A stretch of DNA of 64,000 nt from Mantamonas sphyraenae STR306 (lineage: Eukaryota; Protista; CRuMs): positions 124,001-188,000 of the forward strand of contig JAPMXV010000045.1 of the NCBI GenBank assembly GCA_026936335.1, read 5' to 3'. Numbering within the stretch: the stretch's first letter is position 1; each line of letters starts with the position of its first letter. This document shows, one piece after another, positions 55,236 to 64,000 of this stretch. The notes below the pieces were generated by a model. That model searched no databases and was not told the DNA's origin. It saw only the letters and a list, made by a program, of their open reading frames with translations. The position numbers were made by a program, and so were the translations under genes.

Positions 55236-55923
55236 GATGTGTCCAGTGATCAGTGCATCATCGGAAGAATGGAGACTCCTTCATTCAAACTGTTCCCCAT
55301 CCATCACCATTTCAACTTTCTCTTCATGTCACACACACCAACGCGTTCCGGCTCACGTGCATTTATATCGCACTGTGAGACACACGCACACATGCGCCAC
55401 GGTTCGTTCATGGGCATGTCGACGTGGTTGTGACCTGAGCTTGTGCTTCCTTCTTGCAACATGTGAACACGTGCCTCCTCCTTTCCTCAGCTGCTTCTCC
55501 CCCTCCTCTCAAAACCCATCGTCACACCATCATCGTCCTCCGTCACACCCTCTCCTCCCGCATCCAGCAGCCGTGCCTTCAGATCGTCCTTCTTCCCGGC
55601 TTGCTTCCCTCGCTTCCCTCGCATGCTCTTCATCGACACCATCTCCTCATCAAGTCCTCCCAGCAGTGCAGAACCAATGCTGCTGTCCCGTGCACGCTGC
55701 ACCCACCGCGAGTTCTCTTCCTCCAACACTCCTCCCACGTTCGCTACCACCGCCACAACCACGTCGACATGCCCATGAACGAACCGTGGCGCATGTATGC
55801 GTGCGTCTCACGTGCTGCACGTCGGAACTCGTTGGTGTGTGTGACATGAAGGTGATGGATGGGGAACAGTTTGAATGAACGAGTTTCCATTCTTCCGATG
55901 ATGCACTGATCACTGGACACATC
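55236..55923. repeat. Long inverted repeat (arms about 55236-55431 and 55753-55923, spacer about 320 bp); MITE-like or inverted duplication
   Basis: The left arm gatgtgtccagtgatcagtgcatcatcggaagaatgg..catgtcgacgtggttgtg is the reverse complement of the right arm with a few indels. The ORF track shows near-identical peptides on opposite strands. Confidence 0.9.
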
Positions 55924-57760
55924 TACACTGGATCATTGTCTTCCTTGCGGTTGGTAGTGCCCGGTTCGAGACCGCACAGAACATCCTGGAGGTTGTTGAG
56001 CACCTCTGGCGAACGTACCCTGGCCTCGAGGATGGATCCCATGCGCACGGCGAGTAGGAGAGCAAAATTTTCCGCCTGCATCTCCTCTGCGTTGTACACG
56101 AGGTTTGTGTTCATGCCACATTGGAGAGCAAAGTCTGTGCGCGGGAGCTGGCGGCGAGGGAGCACATACAGGTGCTTCTTAAGGTCTTCCACTTCGCGAA
56201 CTCCCTCCTGGTGGATAGTGATGCCCTGGCAGGCCGAGGCGTGAAGCATGAGCGAGGTGCCTTCGGTAAAGCTCTGTGCACACATGGGACACTGGAAGCC
56301 GGAGCCGCCACCGCCGCCTTGTTCGATCAGCTTGATTTCGTTGTCCGAGCGAGTGGCCAGATGCCATCGACCCGTTTCTGGATCCTGTTCGACCATGTAA
56401 AAGTCGAGTTGGATGTAGGGAGGCAGGCGGACGTAGTCTGCGCCGTAGGTTGCCGGAGAAAACTTGGGCAGCTTGGAATGGACAAGAGGCACAAAGGCAC
56501 GACGAGTGGCAAACTCCTCGAGGGCGCCCATACGATGGACGGGCACAGCATAGTCTGCAGTGACGGCATGCATGGGGTCGTCGTCGTCTTCGTCGATGGG
56601 TAGATTGATGAGTTCGGCGAGGTCGCGTGTCATGTTCAGGTGAATGCAATGGTGCATGTCGACGGCGTCCGGGGTATGGATTTGCAGGTGGCGCATGGAG
56701 TCGGGCAGATGGACAGGGGAGCCTGTGCTACGGTAGCCAATCTGAGCGTAGATTGTGTCGCGAGCCTGCTGGTCGAGCGAGCGTGTGATGACGTGAAAGA
56801 GGTGGTGAGACATGAGACCCATGAAACGGTTGCACATGATGGTGGAGTTCCAGCTCATGAGCTTGACGGGAAACACCATCACGTTTGCGTGGAGGTTGTA
56901 CGCGGTGCTGCCCTCCTCCAAGCCAGAGGACTTGAGCATCAGCACCTGGGCGGGCAGGTTGCCAAACATGTGCTTGGGCCCACTGTCCGCAATGAGGGAC
57001 TTGAGCACGTCGCCGAGCATCAAAGCAAAGTTCATGACCTGCATTGCGTCCTGGTCGGTCCACTCCTGGGCCTGATCACGACGGTGTTCCAGGTACTGGT
57101 CGATCGAGGCGCTGTCGCCTGCACAGTAGGTGGGTCACCCAACGTCACGGGGTCAGCCAAGCGGTGTGTGGAGACGGGCTGAACGGAGCAGGCAACGCGT
57201 GTGCTGTGGACGGGGAATTCGGCAAAGTGTGTGTGGGCAAAAAGGCCAAAAAGGAGAGGCGTACCTTGTGGGTTGCACTTGCCAATGCGCTCAAACTCTG
57301 TGGTGCGCTCTGTGTATGGATCTGTGGCGCCGAGGATGCGTGCAGCCTTGTCCTGGGTGCACAGGACGAGTGCGCAGCCGTCAACGAGCTCAATGTCCAG
57401 CACCTGGTCTTGGGCGTCTGCAGAAAGGACCTCAAAGTCGACCTTTGCGTCGTTGTCGACGACGACGGTGTGTTGGATGGATTGGCCCGTGAGTTTGTGG
57501 TTACCCATGGGCGATGGACCCGGGTTTGGGTGTTTGTCATCGTCGTCCTGGTCCTGTCGCTTCTGGGGCTCCTTGCTCTGTGCCTTGGCCGGTTTCGGAT
57601 ACGTCTGATTGGGCCCGTGGTGCTTGACAAGCGACTGGCTGACGGCGTACTCGTCTGCCACCTGCTCCTGGACGGTGTGCTGGATGCCGTGTTCATCCAC
57701 CGCAATGGCCTGCACGTCGCCCGATCGGACGTTGAGTTCGTGGACGATACCAGAGGACAT
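55923..57760 (-). CDS. Hypothetical protein with a UBZ-type zinc finger (CPMC..H..C), 2 exons
   Basis: An intron at about 57264-57119 joins MSSGIVHEL.. to DSASIDQYLE..MQVMNF; motif FQCPMCAQSFTEGTSLMLHASAC. Confidence 0.65.
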
Positions 57761-58264
57761 GGGATGGATGGGATGGCGCCGCCGCCAGGTGTGGGAAGGA
57801 CGATGAAAAGAATGAGGAGCATGCGCGGTGGTGGGGCCGGAAGAGCGAAGGAGGTGGGGATGCTTGGAGTGTGTGCGCAGCGACGGCGCCGGGTGAGGCA
57901 AGAACTTATCGGTGCGTGTGTTGTGTGAGAGAGATCATCCGGTGGATAGGCGATGGTAGAGAGAGGGCATGCTGACACGGGTTGGCTGGGGATGTGTGGA
58001 ACGGGGGAAAACAGGCTAGCACAGCAAGGAGACAACCCACCATGTTTGGCGCAGGAGCAGCTGTGAGTTTTTGCAACGTTCACCTTGACGGCAGGGCGTG
58101 GGATAGGGCAGGGAGAGACACTGACACAAAGAGGGACCACCACGGACTGCATTGGGGCCATGTGGATGGTATGACTATTGCGTGTGGGTGCGGGGATGGA
58201 TATGTACTGCGTGCGGGGCGGAAACGCAGTACACGCACGGCCAAGGAAGCCAATCGCCGCGCAG

Positions 58265-60303
58265 GCAGACGCTGCGCTTTGTCAACGGCTATGCCATCGA
58301 AACACCGCAGGTGGACCTTTCGCTGCTGGACGAAGATGAGGACCAGGACCTGGTGGTGGATCCGTCGCTGACGTATGGTAGCCACCACCAGAGGGAAATC
58401 AGTGTTCGGGATCTGCAGCCGCCTGCCAAAGAGGTGTCGCTGAAGCCCAACCAACTGGCACCGTCGCTTGGAGAGAGCATCCGCAAGACCACCGGAAAGG
58501 ATTTGGACCACAACGTCCTCTCCTACAACGCCTACTTCACCGAACAGGTGTACGAGAGCGCGGAGGAGGACGAGCGCGTGCGTTGCGTCCTGATTCTCTA
58601 CTACCTCGAGGACGACACGCTGATGATTTACGAGAAGCGCATCGAGAACAGGTACGTGACAAGGGCGCAGCACACAGAGGCGTTGGTGGTGCAAGGATGC
58701 ACGTGCTGCACTCGCGTCGTGGGCTGCCGGGAAACAGGCCCGCGTGCGATGCTAGCCGTTGTGGAAAAGGCCGCTTTCCTCTCCCCGCTTTTCGCGTCGA
58801 ACCGTTTGGACTGACACACACGAGGGGACACACGCACACGCACGCGCACACACACACACACACACATGTGTGTGTGTACACCTTTGCACACCAAACGTGC
58901 GCGTTCCATCTCCATCCATTTGTGGCTGGCACAGCGGCATTCCGCAGGGAGTGTTGCTGAAGCGGCAGCCGGTGAAGAAGGCCGGGTCGCAGCGGGCGTA
59001 CGTGACGTTCAAGGATCTGCTGGTGGGCGAGACGGTGAACATTTACGGGATTGAGTACACGATCTACGACGCAGACACGTTTACACGCAACTATGTGGCG
59101 CAGAAGGGCGTGGAGCTGGCAGAGGCCGGCGAGGCGCCGCAGGACGTGTACACAGAGAAGCGCAACATTGTGGAGCACAGCAAGCGTATCTCGTACGCCA
59201 AACCCGGGCGGGACCAGCTGAAGAAGTTCCTGGCCAACGACCGCAAGGTGCTGCGTTTCTATTGCGTGTGGGACGACACGCAGTCGCTGTTTGGCGAGCG
59301 ACGCAAGTTCAGCGTGCACTACTTCCTGGTGGACGACACCGTGGAGGTGAAGGAGATGTACCAAAGCAACAGCGGGCGCGAGCCGTTCCCGCAGTTCATG
59401 AAGCGGCAGCGGCTGGTCAAGTCCATGCGCAACCTGAGCGATCTCGAGGGCGAGGACATCTACGTGGCCGAGGACTTTGTGGTGGGCGACACCATCCGTG
59501 TGCTGGGCCGCGAGTTTCTCATCTACGACTGCGACTCGTACACGCGTCAGCACATGCGCGAGGCATACGGCATCGAGGAGCCCGAGGCCATCGACGTGGA
59601 CCAGGACGACGACGAGGCACAGGGAAGCTCGTCGTCGAAGCAACCGGAAAAGAAGTTTGAGGGCAGCGACGTGTTCCTGGGCTCAGTGGCCAACCTGGAC
59701 GACAAGGCGCCCAAGAAGAACTTTGCCACAATCATGAAGAACGACGGGAAGATTCTGCGCTTTGGCGCACGCATGATCTCGACGAAGCCCGTGGACCAGG
59801 AGCGCCGCTTTGTGATTTCGTTCTACCTGGTCGACGACACGGTGGGCATCTTTGAGACGCCGCAACGCAACTCGGGCATTGTGGGCGGCAACTTTCTGAA
59901 GAAGATGAACCTGCGCAACGCCGAGACGGGCGACTACTTTGCGGCCACAGACTTTTACGTCGGCGCCCAGGTGCTGATGAACAACTACCGCTTCCTGATC
60001 ACCGATGCCGACGAGTATGCACTGAACTTTATGGAGCTCAACGCAGAGGCCTTTCCCATGTCCGACCTGGCTGCTCTCGTCGAGCGTCTGCAGTACGCCG
60101 TGCACGCCCAAGGCATCGACGTGGCACAGCTGTTTGCCGAACTGGACGTCGACGGATCGGGCAAGCTGTCCCTGGACGAGCTTGTGGATCCGCTCGAGGC
60201 CCACTTTGGCCTCACCAAGCAGGAGGTGCTCACTCTGGTGCGTCGCTACGACTTTGATGGCGACGAGTGTTTGGCCTACGAGGAGCTGCTGGCGTTGCTG
60301 TGA
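58265..60303 (+). CDS. EFHC1/EFHC2 (Rib72) DM10-domain axonemal protein with C-terminal EF-hands; 5' exon not resolved
   Basis: QTLRFVNGY; three DM10 repeats (YYLEDDT, VLRFYCVWDD..YFLVDDTVEV, ILRFGA..FYLVDDTV); EF-hands DVDGSGKLS and DFDGDECL. Intron at about 58652-58934. Confidence 0.9.
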
Positions 60304-60375
60304 AGACAGGAGAGACACGGGGGGAAAGGGGAATGAATTTGGGAATGAACTCTGATCGCATCATCATCATCATCA

Positions 60376-61455
60376 TCACGCGCTGTTGCTGCTGCTCTTT
60401 TGCTTTTCGTCGCCGGCGTCACCAGCGCCTTCGGCCTCTTTGCAGAAGGAGACAAAGCCGTCGATGTGTGTGGGCCATGCGTCTTCGTCGTTGTAGTTTG
60501 AAAAGTCGTTGTCGATTTCGCGGACAAAGTCGAGGAAGCAGATCCACAGGTCCTTGTTGACGTTGCGCTTGTACGTGGTTTCGATGTACTCGAGCCATTG
60601 GGGCAAGCGTGCGTAGCGTCCGTCGAGGACGAGTCCCCACAGGTTGCGGGCCATCTCGTTTTCTGCGCGCAGCAGGGACGGGCAGCGGGGTGGCGGGAAA
60701 ACGGTCCATAGGTGAGCTGGAGGGCCTTTTCGCACGGATTCATGGGCACGGAAAGGCACGTACGCAGGCGTTTCTCGTTGCCAATGAGGCCAAACTTGTA
60801 GGCAAAGACGTAAAACTCGCGAAAGGCGGTGTCGCTGGAGCTGATCTCCTCGTTGAGGACATTGAGCTTTGTGGCAAGACTCTTGACAGAGTCGCAGCTG
60901 CAGAATGGATGGTGGCAGGACGGGCAAGCGAGAGGAGCCCGAGCATTTGGGTGTGTTGGCGACGGGCAACCAGGCGCAGAGGCTGTGTCAGCGCGGGAAG
61001 AACTGGAGGAAGAGGGAAAGCGGGGGACCACGCGTGAATCGCGCCTGCAACCACAACGTACCCAATGCGCTTCATGCCAAGGATGAATTCGTCGCGAGAA
61101 AACTGGCTCATCTCTGTGGCCTGGAACTTCCAGGCCATGATGAGGACGCGAATGTCTGTGGGGGCGAGGTCAAGGGCTTCGCAGAGGTCCAGGACGCCCT
61201 GGGCGTACATCATGTCTGCCTCGTTGGGATCTGCGTACTTGTCAAACACTGCCGTGATGTTGTCCTCGTTGACTTTGTCCTGGAACTTGTCCGGGTTGGA
61301 GAAGTACGTGTTGATGGCCTTTTGCAAGTCCCAGCCATCGGCGTGAGATACTGTTCCGCCACGCTTTCGCTGACGTGGGTCATGCCCGTGAAGCTGTCGA
61401 TGTCCTTGTGCTGCTGCTTGGACTTGGAGTTTCCTCCCAGGCCGAACCAGCTCAT
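60376..61455 (-). CDS. DCN1: DCN1-like cullin neddylation E3 (UBA-like + PONY domain), 3 exons
   Basis: GWDLQKAINTYF, LIMAWKFQA..FSRDEF..GM, FREFYVFAY, KDLWICFLDF and NYNDEDAWPTHIDGFV. One-base break near 61345. Confidence 0.9.
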
Positions 61456-61571
61456 CGCGTGTTGTGGTGGGTGGGGCAGGGCGGCGGGCAAACAGTGGGC
61501 AAAGAGTGGACCAATGGAGGCTCTGCAACTGCACGATGATTTCTTGCAATGGATGGATATCACACGCCAAC

Positions 61572-62882
61572 TCAGTTGTTTGTGGTGATGCGCACAACAC
61601 CGACCTTGTTGACAGAGCCATTGTCCCGGATGAGGAGCGTGGACTTGCCGCCACCATTCAGGGTGCCCACTGCAGGCGCGGTACTGCTGTTGCGGTTGAC
61701 GTAAACCACGGCGCCGTTGAAGTAGACGACACTGTTGCTGGTTGCGTTGTAGGACCCCTGGAATGTGCTGGCCAAGTTGACGTTGATGGTGCTGTCCGAC
61801 CCCTCCAGGCTCACCTTGACCCCCTCCGCCGGATTTCCCACACCCAGATTCTTCCAGGCGCTGCCTCCGGTGGACACCACGTCTCCATACGCCGTGTAGC
61901 TGTCCAAGCGCACCGTGCCTCGCGTTTGCACCAGCCCACCGCTAGAGACAAACCGTCCTTCCAAGTACGGCCAGAACGATCCCTGCTGATCCACGACGAT
62001 GGGGCCCTTGACTTCGACATCATCCATGCTCACGCCATCGCAGTCCACACTCATTGTGTTGTTGATGGTGACATACTCCAGGTTTGGCCGGATGCGGCCT
62101 TTTACGGTGAGGGCACCCAACTTCACCGACTTGACAGCCACGATGTGGAAGTCTGTGTTCAACACGGTGATGTTGAGATGAGCCGCACTCATTGGAGGAA
62201 CAAAGATCTCCAGCACTGCGGTGACGCATGGAGATCCTGAGTCGGGGTTTTGCCCGCTGATGACGACTGACGCAACGCCGTTCACTGGTGTGGGTGACGA
62301 CTGACTCGCCCACCGATTGCTTCGGAAGTGTGCTCGGATCTGCGTTGCCTTTGCGTCCTCGGTGACATTGAGGCGCAGGAACAGGACCGGCGAGTCGACA
62401 AACACGTTGAGAGTTTTTGTATCCACGGGGAACTGGAGGGTTTTGGAGTTTGGCAGAAAGTCGGATTCGCCCGAGGAGCAGCGTGCCTCGCTGTGAGCAA
62501 GACCCCTAACGAGCCAGATCACGGGAAGCAGAGTTATTGCGATGAGGATGATCAGCGAAATCACCGCCACGATGATCGAGAACCAGACACACGGGCTGCA
62601 GCAGCCGTTGCGGGGTCGCACAATTCCCATGGGACGACCCTGGTATTGGACCTGCGTGTACTGCGGCTGCGCTACATAGTTTGCAGGCGGTGCGTGCGAC
62701 TGGGGCACTCGATAATACGTGCCTGGGGCGTTTTGCGGCGCAAACGCTGGGTGTTCTTGATGGGAAAGCAGCGCCGCCTCTTCCTCGTGCTTCTGACCAA
62801 AGTCTCCATTTTCTGTGTCTTGCCACTGGGTGTTCATTGGCACAGCCGAGCCATAGGGCATGGCGTTGGACCTGTTGTCCAT
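61572..62882 (-). CDS. Type II membrane protein with a beta-rich (adhesin/DUF4097-like) ectodomain, copy 1
   Basis: Pro/Gln/Tyr-rich cytosolic N-terminus, CCSPCVW followed by a long TM, then a beta-strand-rich ectodomain with many N-x-S/T sites. Confidence 0.7.
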   Translation of the reverse strand: MDNRSNAMPYGSAVPMNTQWQDTENGDFGQKHEEEAALLSHQEHPAFAPQNAPGTYYRVPQSHAPPANYVAQPQYTQVQYQGRPMGIVRPRNGCCSPCVWFSIIVAVISLIILIAITLLPVIWLVRGLAHSEARCSSGESDFLPNSKTLQFPVDTKTLNVFVDSPVLFLRLNVTEDAKATQIRAHFRSNRWASQSSPTPVNGVASVVISGQNPDSGSPCVTAVLEIFVPPMSAAHLNITVLNTDFHIVAVKSVKLGALTVKGRIRPNLEYVTINNTMSVDCDGVSMDDVEVKGPIVVDQQGSFWPYLEGRFVSSGGLVQTRGTVRLDSYTAYGDVVSTGGSAWKNLGVGNPAEGVKVSLEGSDSTINVNLASTFQGSYNATSNSVVYFNGAVVYVNRNSSTAPAVGTLNGGGKSTLLIRDNGSVNKVGVVRITTNN

Positions 62883-63116
62883 TGTTGGAGAAAGGAACGT
62901 GTTTTTTTTGGCAACGAGAGCGCAGAAACGTTTTGCGCACTCTTCCAGTCCCGTCATCGGCGTTTGGAACCCTCCCAGGCCGAACCAGCTCATCGCGTGT
63001 TGTGGTGGGTGGGGCAGGGCGGCGGGCAAAGAGGGGGCAAAGAGTGGACGATGAACAACGAAGGACACTGCAACTGCACGATGATTTCTTGCAATGGATG
63101 GATATCACACGCCAAC

Positions 63117-64000
63117 TCAGTTGTTTGTGGTGATGCGCACAACACCGACCCTGTCGACAGAGCCATTGTCGCGGATGAGGAGCGTGGAGTTGCCGCCACC
63201 ATACAGGGTGCCCACTGCAGGCGCGGTACTGCTGTTGCGGTTGACGTAAACCACGGCGCCGTTGAAGTAGACGACACTGTTGCTGGTTGCGTTGTAGGAC
63301 CCCTGGAATGTGCTGGCCAGGTTGACGTTGATGGTGCTGTCCGACCCCTCCAGGCTCACCTTGACCCCCTCCGCCGGATTTCCCACACCCAGATTCGTCC
63401 AAGTGCTGTCTCCGGTGGACACCACGTCTCCATACGCCGTGTAGCTGTCCAAGCGCACCGTGCCTCGCGTTTGCTCCAGCCCACCGCTAGAGACAAACTG
63501 TCCTTCCAAGTACGGCCAGAACGATCCCTGCCGATCCACGACGATGGGGCCCTTGACTTCGACATGATCCATGCTCATCCCATAGCAGTCTACACTCATT
63601 GTGTTGTTGATGGTGACATACTCGAGGTTTGGCCGGATGCGGCCTGTTACGGTGAGGGCACCCAGTTTCACCGACTTGACAGCCACGTCGTGGTAGTCTG
63701 TGTTCAACACGGTGATGTTGAGATGAGCCGCACTCATTGGAGGAACAAAGATCTCCAGCACTGCGGTGACGCATGGAGATCCTGAGTCAGGGTTTTGCCC
63801 GCTGATGACGACTGACGCAACGCCGTTCACGGGTGTGGGTGACGACTGACTCGCCCACCGATTGCTTCGAAAAAGTGCTCGGATCTGCGTTGCCTTTGCG
63901 TCCTCGGTGACATTGAGGCGCAGGAACAGGACCGGCGAGTCGACAAACACGTTGAGAGTTTTTGTATCCACGGGGAACTGGAGGGTTTTGGAGTTTGGCA
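63117..64000 (-). CDS. Type II membrane protein, copy 2 (5' part outside the window)
   Basis: Near-identical to copy 1, with scattered substitutions. Confidence 0.75.
   Translation of the reverse strand, partial: PNSKTLQFPVDTKTLNVFVDSPVLFLRLNVTEDAKATQIRALFRSNRWASQSSPTPVNGVASVVISGQNPDSGSPCVTAVLEIFVPPMSAAHLNITVLNTDYHDVAVKSVKLGALTVTGRIRPNLEYVTINNTMSVDCYGMSMDHVEVKGPIVVDRQGSFWPYLEGQFVSSGGLEQTRGTVRLDSYTAYGDVVSTGDSTWTNLGVGNPAEGVKVSLEGSDSTINVNLASTFQGSYNATSNSVVYFNGAVVYVNRNSSTAPAVGTLYGGGNSTLLIRDNGSVDRVGVVRITTNN

Larger units (their letters stand above)
61432..64000. repeat. Tandem duplication with a ~1545-bp unit
   Basis: 61432-62455 is repeated at 62971-64000 (stop codons at 61572 and 63117). The unit includes the first eight DCN1 codons (MSWFGLGG). 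Confidence 0.92.

Noticed and set aside
1-64000. tRNA, rRNA or CRISPR loci
   Set aside because: None recognised by eye; tRNAscan-SE and Infernal were not run.

Overview
Gene-dense, GC-rich eukaryotic DNA from what looks like a flagellated protist: short GT-AG introns with (CA)n-rich 3' ends, very short intergenic gaps, and cilia genes (TTLL11, Tubby, TTC25-like, EFHC/Rib72). About 30 protein-coding genes are recognisable, including a TIA-1/Pub1-type RRM protein, TCTP, a p22phox-like protein, CysRS, ELP5, ATAD1, a TPMT-like methyltransferase, FolD and DCN1. The standout is an intronless 1677-aa ORF (33374-38407, minus strand). Its C-terminus carries a Fanzor/TnpB-type split RuvC with a Cys4 Zn ribbon, it has a roughly 1000-aa unassigned N-terminal extension, and it is followed directly by a ~280-nt multi-hairpin non-coding segment that fits an omegaRNA. 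Other notable items are a gustatory-receptor-like (7TMIC) gene, a membrane adenylyl cyclase with inverted C1/C2 order and two inserted C2 domains, a glutaminase lacking its catalytic motif, a young chimeric Tubby tandem array, a GTPase-EF-hand-PH protein, a DUF3825 protein, a giant BPI/TULIP-like multipass protein and a long inverted repeat between convergent genes. All calls come from motif recognition by eye; no searches were run and exon boundaries are approximate.
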